Source: Pecten maximus (Eukaryota). From it: DNA of 64,000 nt. Below, piece after piece: positions 38,770 through 52,081 of the stretch. Position numbers and translations under genes: made by a program. The stretch covers positions 47,802,001-47,866,000 of the forward strand of contig NC_047015.1 in NCBI RefSeq assembly GCF_902652985.1, in the 5' to 3' direction. The notes under the pieces were generated by a model. The model did no database searches. It was not told where the DNA came from and worked only from the letters and a program-made list of their open reading frames with translations. The first letter of the stretch is position 1, and the number at the start of each line of letters is the position of its first letter.

Positions 38770-41700
38770 TTGCTGATGAGTTTGTCAAGGTCATTCATTT
38801 GAACAAAACTTTCAGCCTTGATCTCTGCATGCTAAAAGCTAAATATCATGAACCTGGGCCTCTATATTAATCAGAAGTCGATTTAAGATCTCAAAACATT
38901 TGACCCCAATGATCTTTAATGTAGGTCAAGGTTATTTATTTGAACAAAAGAGACCTTCGACCTCTTGTTACACGAGAAGCTGTTCAAAAGATTTTTGCTC
39001 ATTTGAGCTTGGAAAATAGATAAAGGTTGTTCTTTCCAGCACTATACTGGCTAATATGAGAGGACGCTGGTTAAACACCTTTTGACCCGTGACCTTGAAA
39101 GTAGGTCAACCCGATTCATTTAATGAACAAACTTGGTAGCCCTTCAACCCATCTTGATACCAACAAAGTATAATTTGGCTCCTTGGTTATTGAGAATAAG
39201 CTGTACTGGGGAAAAGTTGATGCTGGAGAGAACAGATGTTTCACCAGGGCATAAGTTAACAAGTTATACATGTATGTGCACAACAAGAGGCCCATAGGCG
39301 TTAATGGTCTCCCTGAGTTTTGATATATTTTAGCACATTTGGCCCCTGTGATCTTGAATGAAGGTCAAGGTCATTCATTTATAACAAGAGATCCCAGAGG
39401 GATCTTGGCGCCCACCATTGAATGATCTTCGTAAGTTCCATGTCAGATTGATCTTTTCTCTACTTTTCCCTTCATTTTACTAATCTGTGCAAATTGAGAC
39501 ATCCCACCAGTACTTTTCAAACAAGGGAATCCTAGCTATATAAGAAATTTGAGATTTTACGATAATGGCTGTTTGTTTGCCAGGTTGTTTTCAGGACAGA
39601 CTGGTCCAAAAATGCAATACAAGGGACCAAGGGGAACCTACTTATGAAATTTGAGAAAGATCCATTCAGTACTTTGAGAAATAGAGATAACAAACTTCAA
39701 TTGTCAAAATCCAAGATGGCGGTCTGTCGGCCATATTGTTTTCCAATTGATCTCAAAATGCAATAAGCATAAAGAGGCACCAAGGGGAACCTCCATATGA
39801 AATTTGAGAAAGATCTCTTCAGTGCTTTCTCAGAAATAGCGATAACAAACTTCAATTGTCAAAATCCAAGATGGCTGCCTGTCGGCCATGTTATTTTCAG
39901 ATTGGTCTCAAAATGCAATAAGCATAAAGAGGCACCAAGGGGAACCTCCATATGAAATTTGAGAAAGATCCCTTCAGTACTTTCTCAGAAATAGCGATAA
40001 CAAACTTCAATTGTCAAAATCCAAGATGGCTGACTGTCGGCCATGTTATTTTCCGATTGGTCTCAAAACGCAATATGCATAACTAGGCACCAAGGGAAAC
40101 TTACATATGAAATTTCAGAAAGATCCATTCAGTACTTTCTCAGAAATAGCGATAACAAACTTCAATTGTCAAAATCCAAGACGGCTGCCTGTCGGCCATG
40201 TTGTTATCCGATTGGTCTCAAAACGCAATATGCATAACTAGGCACCAAGGGGAACCTACATATGAAATTTAAGAAAGATCCCTTCAGTACTTTCTCAGAA
40301 ATAGCGATAACAAACTTCAATCGTCAAAATCCAAGATGGCTGCCTGTCGGCCATGTTGTTTTCCGATTGGTCTCAAAACGCAATATGCATAACTAGGCAC
40401 CAAGGGGAACCTACATATGAAATTTCAGAAAGATCCCTTCAGTACTTTCTCAGAAATAGCGATAACAAACTTCAATTGTCAAAATCCAAGATGGCTGCCT
40501 GTCGGCCATGTTGTTATCCGATTGGTCTCAAAACGCAATATGCATAACTAGGCACCAAGGGGAACCTACATATGAAATTTGAGAAAGATCCCTTCAGTAC
40601 TTTCTCAGAAATAGCGATAACAAACTTCAATTGTCAAAATCCAAGATGGCTGCCTGTCGGCCATGTTGTTTTCCGATTGGTCTCAAAACGCAATATGCAT
40701 AACTAGGCACCAAGGGGAACCTACATATGAAATTTCAGAAAGATCCCTTCAGTACTTTCTCAGAAATAGCGATAACAAGAATTGTTTACGGACGGAGGGA
40801 CGGACGGACGGACGGACGGAGGGACCGACGGACCACGGACGCAGGGCGATTTGAACAGCCCACCATCTGATGATGGTGGGCTAAAAACTTGGTAACACTT
40901 TATCCCAGCATGCTACAGACCTAATATTGGGTATCTTGGCCTATTGATTATCAAGAAGTCGTTTAAAGATGTTAGCACATTTGAACTCTGTGACCTTGAT
41001 TGAAGGTCAAGGTCATCCATTTGAACAAACTTCGTAGCCCTTTATCCCAGCATGTAACGGACCTAATACTGGGTCTCTTGGCCTTTTGGTTATCAAGAAG
41101 TCGTTTAAAGGCTTTAGCATATTTAACCCTGTGACCTGAATGACGGTCAAGGTTATCCATTTGAACAAACTTGGTAGCCCTTCAGCCCAGCATGCTACAG
41201 ACCCAATATCAGGTCTTTGTGCCCGTTGGTTACTGAGAAGAAGTTGGAAATGTTAATTGTTTACAAAGCACGCCAGACAAAAGGCAATCGCAATAGGTCA
41301 AAGAGAAATTTGTACATGAATTTGAGAAAGATATGCTCAGTTCTCTTAAAGACATATCGGCATATCGATCCATGGGCCTTATCAGTAGTTCTCAAGTATA
41401 CTGATAGATGTGCCTTTAATTCAAAATTTAACACATCTCGCCCTGTGACCTGTGAAAGTAGATAAAGTTCACCTGAACAAACTTTACCATTTATTCCAGC
41501 ATGCTAATTGCCTAATGTCATGAACCTAGGCCTCTTGGTTTCAACACATTTGATCCCTCTGATCTCACCTCCATCTCAGGTGACCTAAACGTTGAGTCTG
41601 GGGACAATTTACTATGTAGATGAAAGCCAGATTATAGCACATCTGATGACAGTAACATTCCATCCTCAAAATTAGCAACAAGAGGTTTGATAGGTCTGTA

Positions 41701-42440
41701 TCATTCACCTGATATTCAATTATATTCGTAACATTTCATTTCTGTGACCTACAAACTGTCCTGGTGAAACTATTTGACATAGGTATAGTAATGGAAGAAG
41801 ACTAAAGTTTAGAAGTCATTTGAGTGTTGCAACAATGAAAAAATATCCCATGTAACTGAATGGTTTTTCCTTTAGTCAACTTAGCCAGATTAACCCTGGG
41901 AAGCTTCTAGCCAGATGTCGCGATTCTAGACTATTCTGTTAAATTAGACTTTGTAGCATTTTAATAAAGTTGATCTCGAATATGGGTCAAGGTTATTTAT
42001 TTTCACAAACTTGGATGCAGAAACTAGTCATTTCACTCAAGTCTTTCAAAGTGCTTCACCTTGAATGTGGACAAGGTACATTCTTTTCAAACTTTGTTGG
42101 GATTTTCTGAGGCATTACTTGCCAAATATCAGGGTTGCAAGCTTTCCAGTAAATAAGATGTTGTTCTAAATGCTTCAGCATAGTTGACCTTGAATATCTC
42201 AGTTAAGGTGTTCTAATAATTTTTTTTTTTTTTTTTTTGTAGATCTTTGTTGGGCCTTATCCTTGGAGCGAACTAGCCAAATATCATGAGTGAAGGCCTT
42301 ATGAACAATCAGAACTTGACCCCTTTATCTTGAAAATGGTCACCTTTTTCACAAACTTTGTAGGGATCCAGCTCAGGAAGTTAGTGACTCAATATCATGT
42401 CTCGTAATTTGGCTTAAGTTCACTTCCTGTAAGGTGGGCT
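38770..42440. mobile_element. Cluster of older, degenerate HINE-type elements (~120-bp unit family) that hosts family A copy 2
   Basis: The unit gaccttgaa..aaggtcaaggtcattcatttgaacaaacttggtagccc recurs. Ends of the form aacaagagg.. occur at 39283 and 41678. Confidence 0.65.
39383..40886 (-). mobile_element. HINE family A copy 2, complete, ~8 x 155-bp units
   Basis: Same termini as 36199-38764. It splits a host repeat unit: cattcattt|insert|aacttggta. Confidence 0.88.
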
Positions 42441-45400
42441 GAATAATAGAACCCCTTAAATTACATGCATGTAAACATACCCTGAAAGGAATTCACTGAA
42501 CAAATAAAACTGGTGCTAACAAATGTTTAATCAACATTAAGTAGAATTAAAAGTAGTCATTTTTACTAAACAAATACAAGAAATGAACAATCACATGTAT
42601 TCCTAACTTTCTATACTGTAATTTAATCTACTCATCTTATCATTATAGATACATCAACAAAACCTGCATCTCAGTTGTCTCTTTAAAACTGAGACAACCA
42701 CAGAAACTTATCCTCTTTGATCACACAACACATCAATCATTCAACATACATGTATTTTAAAGGGCACTAATTTGAGTTCTAAATATGAACTAGCGACTAT
42801 AACCATGATTTCTTGTATCGTTTTCTATTGCAGCAATCATGAGTATGTCAATGAATCATTGGTAACTGGTGTACACAATATACAAATAATGGAAAACAAT
42901 GTCCGGTCCAGCCAAATCGTAACAACTTCAAAGCACTAGTTGTTTAAGTTTTTTTAAATGAGATATTTATCCCTGTCTACATAATCACTTGAATCATGTT
43001 ATTGCTTAAAATATATCAATTCACAAACATAGAAATCACACCTAAACTTGGCATACTGAATGATACACATAGCATTACAGTAATTGAGAAGAAATGTAAA
43101 ATTTAAAAACATTTGTCAATTGAACTTTCTTAAAGTGGGGAAGTATCATGAGAGATGCATTACAGACTTCAAAGTTCTTTCACATTATGTATACTTCAGG
43201 TACGTATACACAGTGAATCACAATAGACTTCATGGATTTCTTGATAACTGTATATGATAAGACAATACAGTGAAGTACAGTCCCCCACAGAATGTAGGTC
43301 ACTGACATCACATCTTCACCGAGTTTAAAATCATGGCCCAAGTATGAAGTTTCAGTGACAATTGCAAATGGTGTACAAGATACTGAGTCCAAACTAACAT
43401 ATTTTCTGGTGGTGGTGGTTGAGGCTTCAATAATAATAACAAATCTGAAGTTCTCTTTAAAAATGAGTTGGACATCATTTGGATTGCCACTGGAATGGAA
43501 ATAATATCTGATGCAAAATAAGCCTATCATACATACACATTCACTCTCAAGCTTTCTTTGTGAAGAATAAGTTTCCAAGCTTATTCTAATACATTTTCAT
43601 TCAGCTGCACACCATTTACACATTTAAACATTATTGAAAACATTCTACAGACAAATGTCCTATGATAAAAAGTTAAAAAACATAAAAATAATCTGATCTT
43701 AAAACATCTTTCTTTTAATTACACTGTATTTTTTCTGGAATGCACATGTGGAATTCAAGCAAATCTTAAAATAGAATTTAAAATCTTTACCGTCTCATTC
43801 ACACTCGTTTTCTTCTAAAAAATTAGCAAATTTGTGGAATGACTGTACTCGACTGTATTATTGCGCACAGAAAATGCCAAAATTGGTCAATTTCTACCAC
43901 ACCTAGGATTGTTTTACTTGGAATGCATCAAATTATAGGAAATACTAAGTGACATGTTTTTAATCTTCCCGCATGATCTTATATTCAGCAGGTATTATAC
44001 AAGTTCACAATCTTTCGTGTAATTCACACAAACTTTGTGTTAGAACCGAAGTTAAACCTGTCTAAACCAGATGTCATGACTGAAATATATCTGGCTAGTT
44101 TAAATTTTAGGTGTCCGACTCCTAATTGGGGGTTATAGTAGAAGTGGGAATTTCAAACATCATTGTATGGATTAAATTTTGTACATATATATAAAATGTT
44201 TTATTATTACCGTCAGTCTTTTTTAAGATTTAGTTATACTGACATTAATACCTAAACATATAATACATTTTAAAAAATAATAGTAAAATATGATAATGAT
44301 ATACAACACATTTTTAGACAGGGTGAATTATCTTCAAATTGATGACCTCAGTTTTTGGGAATATAACCACTGGTTTTACAAACTGGGTCTGGATTTGACA
44401 CATTTTAAATACGACATAACTCAGAAGGAAAAAAACATAGACGAGATATTGAAAATAGTATAGACAGGGATCCAAATTTAAGACACGGACCGCTAAGCCA
44501 GTTACACTATACACTGTACACATAAATAATTGTTATTGGCCTTGGCCTTTGAACATGTGACAGTGCAGTTATATGGAGAAATTAACTCTTTAAGAATTTG
44601 AGATCACAATGTAATTACATAACAATATTGAGACAATGATTGAATGATTACACACTTTGAAAATAATTGAGAATGGTGTTTTTGTAATATCTAAAAAAAT
44701 TCTTGACACTGAAAATTTGAATTCAAATTTCAGAACTATTTGATATGCGATTTCTCATCACATATATATATATATATATATATACAAGGATACTGGTGCA
44801 TTAATTCTTGCAAAGTAATTTTTACTGCCCTTAAAACAGCATTCAACAATCATCCATCTTATGCATTTAAATTCAAATTAAACTATCTGGTACATTCAAA
44901 CAATGCCATCATCAATCCCATCAATAAAGTACATATTCAACAACATGTGCATTGCAATTTTCATAAGTTACATCATAATATAATATACATCTTGTATCTG
45001 TGATTTTTGTATTACTCAGTAAGAATACTTCACACTAGCTACTGGTTATTTTATCACAAAGTAAGTACATGTGCTCTACATGCAGACATAAACATAGAAT
45101 GCAAGATGCATGTATATCCATATTCATGACAAACAAAATGCCTCAAGTACATAAAAAAAATACAGCATATTGATCTATAAATTGCTTTTCATAGGAAAAT
45201 ATTTTTGATGATCAACTTCATAAATTTTTTAGTAATGTAATTATTGAAAACAAAGGATTTGAAATTGATCTCACAATTTTGAATAGCTGCAAATTAAATG
45301 CATTATGTAGGATAAAATTTCAATTTTAAACAAAATGTATGAACAGATCTCTTGATATGCACATTGCAAGAACCAATATTGCACAACAATATTGCTATTC

Positions 45401-45721
45401 CTGCCAAGAAAATCATTTGTACTTGTACGTACAAAAGATATAACATGTTTGATTTTTGTAACGATTTCTTGAGATGTTCTATCTAAGTCACTTTAAATTG
45501 TCTGGAGATTCCAAGAAATAGTGACAATTAACTTGCAAATGTAAAAATCCCAGATGACTGCCTGTTGGCCATCAGGCCATCCCATCAGTCTAATTAAGCA
45601 CCTAAATGAAACAATCCATTTATTCTTGAAAAATAGCAACAGCCAATATAACCACCCATAATAAGAACAGTCAAATGTCAGCCATTTTGTTTTACAATCC
45701 GCCTCAGCACTGAATGCAATA

Positions 45722-46726
45722 CAGTGGAACCTCTATAAACCGAACATGCATGGGACATGACTATTTGTTCGGTTTATAGAGGGTTCGGTTTGGAGAAGTT
45801 GATCGAAAAATGACCGGTCAAATTCCGGATATAATTAGTTGGACGATGTTTTATTAGAATGCACCCGATTACAAAACGGCACGTACATACTTAGACAATT
45901 TGGATTGTCTGAATAATATGCATATTATGAAAGTTAATCAATGTATATATTGCAGAATATATAAGAAAGGCAAATGACTATAACAATAGTTTTAAACAGT
46001 ATTTTCACATGTACAACTACACTTTACGATCGGCCTACATTTTGTTACATCCGGTGAAGCCACGTCATGTGGATGGGGCCAATAGTCCGATACAGAATAT
46101 TTTACACATCAAATAATATTAAAGGGTGTGAAGATGTTTTGTTTCAATATCAATTAAAATTGATCAGATGATACTGGTCGTATTTCCGACATCGCTGTTG
46201 TCTAAAAAAACATCACGGGCTTCTTTACGAAAACAACCCCTTTTGGGCCTCATTTAAATTAAATGCGAAACTCAGGCTTCTAGCTCTACTTGCATTGAGA
46301 AGATAAACGAACCGACGCGCTTCAATGAAGTGTGGCATTGTTTCATAATTGTCGTGTTGATTATACACTAGGCCTTCAGTCATAATGCCCCCTTGGGGTA
46401 TATATTGGATACCTGTACAAATCACCTACGTAGGTCCCGAGACAATAAGGCTTCACACAATACCCGTCACAGTTGTTGTTTCACGGTTGACTGGCCTGAC
46501 CTCGTGTCATAATCGCCCAGGTAAGGCCGGTTTTCAGAAGTAATTTTTGGTATATTTTAACAGGAACCGGATACAAAATCAGTCCGGTGTTCGGAATTCA
46601 GAGGGATCGGTATTTGGAAGTTTTTTAATACTATAATAAAGAAGGACCAATTCCGTACAATGACAATTCGTTCGGTATTCAGAGGTGTTCGGTTTTTAGA
46701 AGGTTCGGTTTTCGGAAGTTGCACTG
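45722..46726. mobile_element. pogo/Tigger-type MITE with TA TSD
   Basis: TA|cagtggaacctctataaaccgaac ... gttcggttttcggaagttgcactg|TA, with subterminal gttcggttt repeats and no transposase. Confidence 0.85.
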
Positions 46727-47762
46727 TACATACATTACATGTATTGAACTGACTGCACAAACACTCGGGGTGATAAAGGCAAGTTAAAAGTTTAATCAAA
46801 ATATCTTTCAAGAGTTTTACCTTGATGAACATAAACTGCCCTAACATCTTGAACATGACCTTTAGGTGAAGGTCACAGTGACTTAATTTCAGTTCATTTG
46901 TTTGAAGTTTCATTAAGTCTGAAGATATCTTTAGTTAGATTTAGCATTAGAAAAATAACTAGTCATAAAAAAAATATGCCCAACATTCATTCAAAGGAAA
47001 AATGTACTGGAGCAAGAAGCTATGATTAGATCATTCATGCATGTAACTGGTCAGGCTATAGGATGTCAGAATGCTTGTATACTCATCTTAATTGGTTCTT
47101 TTCACAAGAAAAAAATTGAACAGTTACCCAATATACACTGTACCAATATTAGACTAGGTTTACTGTACATGTATGTGTATTGATATAGTACTCGACATAT
47201 ATTCCTTCAATAGAATTGTTCTCATTGGATCTACGTACAGAGGTAGAACAAAAACATAAAATAATAAAGATCACATGATGATAGAAACATCAGTCTAACA
47301 AAGTAATGTACTACATTCTGTACACGTCACTAGTGAACCTTAAATCTTATGATTATTAACATTATCAGTAAATCACTCCTATCATGAGTATAGAACACCT
47401 GAACACCTACAATGTTCAGTGTAAACCACAACTCTGCTGTTCTCTCACTTTAGAGAACAAAATAAATATTATAATAGTATATAAACTTTCTGGAATATTT
47501 TTACGGTCAAGCAGCATAAAAATGAAAACATCGCCAAATTTAGGAGTACCAAAATGCTTGGAGCAAAGCTATGGAATCTGTATAGAAGTGGAGATCCAGA
47601 ATCTAGATAATCTCTCAATTAACAGAAACACGGGTATCAACTATCCGTCTAGCACTAGTACAGATTTGTAAAATACACACAAATTAATCTCTCCCTGAGA
47701 AGATGATACATACATGGATAGATCCATTATTTGCCAAAATGAAAATGAAAACTCTTAAGTGT

Positions 47763-50700
47763 TCAGCGTAAAGGTGATGAGCATGATTCTGGATAATCGC
47801 TTCCTTCAGAGTAGTTACGGTTTCTGCTACCGTGATACCTATTTCTGTATACATTTCTATTTATAGATGATGGAGGTGTGTTCTTCCTCTCAAAATCTCT
47901 CCTTTTCAAATACCTACAAGTTCCAGGGGACATGGAACGTCTCTCACTGTTCCTCCTGTCATACTCGTGTCTTTCATGAAATTGGTTTTCATAACACTCG
48001 CCATGTCTGTCTTTGTATACTAAAGTTTCTCGTTCATAGGAATGTGATTGGTGCACATTTCCATGGGAGAAGTTGACTCTGTCAGTCCTCCTTACTGCCA
48101 CTTCCTTTTCAGTCCATTCTTCATCCCTACTTCTAGAACTACTTCTAGATCTACTTAACGAACGTTCAGTAGAAAATCTACTGCACCTTCTAGACGGAGA
48201 ACCACTGAATCTATCAACCTCTTTAGTACTGTAGCTACCAGAGTACCTACGTTGCTGTGTAGGTAAATTCTCAGAAAACTGTTTAGCTGAATCCTTTCGA
48301 TCCGAGTGATGTGAATTTCTCTCGCAAACACTCCTAGGAATGCTGGTCTCCCTTTTGTTGGTATCTCTGTAAAATGGTGAACTGTTTCTTTGGAGAGATC
48401 TAGGCCCATCTCTATTTACATTTGTCAATAGATAGGCTTCATCCTGTCCTTTGAAATCACCACAAAGTGCATTTTTTGGCTCTGGAACACATTCCTGACC
48501 TTTCTCACGACCATTATCTGGAGGTTCCGGTTTTTCCACACTGTATTCCTCATACCTAATTACTGGTAAGTCAACAATTGGATTATTCTCCCTTTTCTTG
48601 GAAATACTTGTGGCCCTCAATCGAGGGTCTCGAGGACACACATCAACACAAGCATTATCTTTTACATTCAAACCTGGCTCTCGCCTTACAGTAATAAGTG
48701 GCAAGATAGGAGATATCACTTCAGTTTTTCTCCTCTCCAAACGATCAGCGTCACAATCCTGTGGTTTAGTGTCTGAAATCAGGCCACCATGTGCTGTCTG
48801 TTGTTGTTCAATACCATTGTTTGAAACTATATTCAAGCTGTCCACTTTCCCAAAGTCAATTTTGAGATCCTTTGTTTCAAACTCAGATGATAGAATACAC
48901 GAGTTGCTGACTGCATTCATACTCTTCTCAGCATTACCTTCAATCACTTGGTTTGGTTTCCCTTCAATTCTCTTCTTGCCAAATTTCTCTGTTGCAACAA
49001 ATTCAATGAAAAAAGGCGGCAGTGGCAAATCCTTCATTTTTCTGGCTTGCAATGGTTTTGATTTACCATCTTTTTCTGGTCTGGGATCCCTCGGTGGATC
49101 ATCATCCTGTTTGTTGACCAATGTCTTCGGTATATGGCGTGGTTTCACTCCCCCTTTGAGAAGTGTTCTTCCTTCAAATCGAATGTTTCCACCAAGTTTA
49201 GAAGCAGCATCTGGGCTTGAAGAGGTCGGGCTGAATCTAGCGTCATCACCATATGAATCTGAAGTGCTTCTTGTTTGTTCTGGCATATGGTCAGTACTCG
49301 AGATATTGTTCTTAACAGCAGTTTGAAGAGTCTGGTGACCCATCTCTTGATGGATGATGTTAAAAATTGTATTTAATGCTTGTCTGTCATCATCTTTTTG
49401 AGCCATTGCTTGGCATTGTGTTAGAAGAGTGGAAACTAATTCAGTTTCTTCCTTTTCATTTTGTCCTGTTCCTGAAGTTTCATTTGCTATTTCCTGATAA
49501 AAACCAGTGGGTTTCAGGACATCTCCAGTGGGCTTCACAGCAGATTTCATGTTAACTCCGAAAGGCTTCACAGCATCTTCAGTATGTTTCAATAGATCTC
49601 CTGCAGGTTTCATTGCATCATTTTGGCCGAGCATCTTGCTGAAAAGGTATTGCTTTGTAGAAGAAGTTTCATTCAAATTGTGAAATGTGTTGTCAAGGGT
49701 GTGTATGTTTGTACTTTCATAGGCTGGTGTAAACTTCTGGTCTGACATGTTCCAAGTCTTTGGTGTGAAAGGGCCATGGAGTGCCAGCCCGTAGTTACCA
49801 GCAACAGATGGTTGAGGTGGTGCATTTGGTCCAACATGACCTGGGTAATATCCATATGGATGATTGCAATTTCCAGCATAAGCATTACCAGAGGTAGCAT
49901 ATTGCTTTCCCTGCCATGGTGGGTTGGATGGCATATTCTTTTCTGCATATGAAAGTCTGCTCTGAAATGAAGGAACGTCCTTGTTCAAAGGATCAGAGTT
50001 GAGAACTCTTTTCTTTGCTGGTGCCATATACTGGTTGGAAGGAAGTGGAGATGCATGTCTCTTGCCAAAACCACCTGTATTGTCTAACTGTTTACTGGGA
50101 GAGCACCCAACAGGCTGTTCGTGCTTGTAGGATGTTTCAGGATTTCTTTGTCTTGGTTGGTTACCATGGTAATGGCGTATGGAATTGGAGGTATATGGCC
50201 CTTGCTGATTCATTGGATGACCTCCAAATCCAGTCTTGTTTTGAAAGTGGACTCTTTTTTGTCTACCTTTCGGTAGCCAATTTCCTCTCTGGTGGTTGTA
50301 GAACTGGTCCTGAGTGTCATAAATTGCATGCGAGTCATCAGTTGAGAAGGTACTGGCATGATTTCGCTGAACATTAGTCTCTGTATCCTGTAGCTTCCCT
50401 GGCCCAAAGGATTTTGGAACATTCCGTTTAAAATTTGGGCTTGTCTGAAATCCTACTGTCTGGTTGAAGTTTGGACTGCCTTTAAAGCCTTTCTCCCTGG
50501 TAATGTTTGAACTCGGTTGAAACTCTTGTCCCTTGTTAGGGTATGGACTGGCATCAGAACATTGTCTCATGTTTGGATTGGTCTGAATATTGTTTCGTCT
50601 CCTGCAGAAATTTGGAGCATTGCTGAAGCTTGGACTATTTTTACTACCTTGTCCTTTACTGAAGTTTTCAGATACCAGAGCATTGTTGTTTTTGTTTAAA

Positions 50701-52081
50701 TCAAGACTTGTCTGAAAGCCTTTTTCTTTATTCATATTTGGACTTGCCATGCAATCTTGATCAGTGTTGAAGTTTTGAATGCCTATTCCTTTGTTGAAAT
50801 TGGGACTTGTCTTTAAACTTTGTCCTCTGTCGACATTTGGACTTGTTTTTGAAGTGTGTCCTCTGTTGACATTTGGACTTGTTTTTGAAGCGTGTCCTCT
50901 GTTGACATTTGGGCTTGTTTTTGAAGTGTGTCCTCTGTTGACATTTGGACTTGTTTTTGAAGTGTGTCCTCTGTTGACATTTGGACTTGTTTTTGAAGCG
51001 TGTCCTCTGTCGACATTTGGGCTTGTTTTTGAAGTGTGTCCTCTGTTGACATTTGGGCTTGTTTTTGAAGCTTGTCCTCTGTCGACATTTGGGCTTGTTT
51101 TTAAATATTTTCCTATTCTTGAAGTTTGGGCTTGTCTTCTTGTAGACTTGTTTCTTTTTGAAATCTGGACTTGCCTCAGAGCCTGTTCTATTTTTCTGAC
51201 TAGACTGAGCACAGTCATTATTAATATTGAAGAGCTGATCATCACTGTTTGTTTTGTTGAAATCTGCTTCTTGTTTATCACTGTTGGTTTCAGTATAGTT
51301 GTCAGCATTACTTGTTTTCTTCCAGGACTGAGGATTCTGTTTGTGGTCTTGGCTTTTGCTTAGATTTACTTCCTGCTCTTCTTGAAATGCTGGCATTAAT
51401 TTCGCTGTATTTTGCGAGTTCAATTCACTATCACAAGACTGAAGTGAATCAGATGGTGATGTTTTCAGGTATACTTCTGGCAATGGTGGAATAATAGCAC
51501 CTCTTTCATCACTCTCACATTTACCAGAGGTTTCTTGCAAAATTATCTTGACATTTAGTTCATCTTTTATGGAACCTGTTGCAGTCATACTCCTTTCATT
51601 GCTCTTTGATTGACAGTCTTTCATAAGATTACATTCCGAATCAGAAATATACTTGGATGAAAATCCAATCCCATCTTCCTAGACGTTTCTCTTTTTGATC
51701 AGCCTTACATGATGGAGGAATGTATGACTCATTCAGGTTCCTGGCATTACATGCAGTTTCATTTCTATTCATGTTTATTTGTTGTTCTGCATTCTTGTTG
51801 CTGATGTTTACTTTAAGCTCAACTTTAAATGGTTTGAACTTCTGACTGGCCACAGGAACATCATCAAACCTTTGCTGGATATCAGAAATCTCCTCGCTTA
51901 TCATTTTTGCTTGGGATTCCCGGTCATATTCTCCAGTTCTTTTCCTCACTACTTCTGTGATCTGTTTCTGTAGCTTGCTGACCATTTCTGAATTGTTACG
52001 GGCCTTATTATGAAAGTCTGTACCAGATCCAATGGTCCCAAACCTCTCCGACAATGAAAGCTTTTTCTTACGATGAGCCAT
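47763..52081 (-). CDS. Uncharacterised ~1440-aa disordered protein in one giant exon, split by two +1 frameshifts
   Basis: Acceptor ttttctgatttcag at ~52104 and ATG 52081 in accATGg context. Three ORFs join by +1 shifts at ~51680 and ~51115; total 4319 nt = 1439 codons + 2. The last 1181-codon frame is far too long to be chance in AT-rich DNA. Confidence 0.8.
50790..51140 (-). repeat. Coding 36-bp tandem repeat (KTSPNVNRGHTS), ~9 copies, with degenerate copies continuing to ~50430
   Basis: Visible in both DNA and translation. Confidence 0.95.

Noticed and set aside
40043-40854. Three near-identical 63-64-aa ORFs that look like a tandem gene family
   Set aside because: Chance frames in the 155/310-bp HINE array.
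48598-51363. Plus-strand ORFs of 242 and 194 aa
   Set aside because: Antisense shadows of the giant coding exon and its 36-bp repeat.
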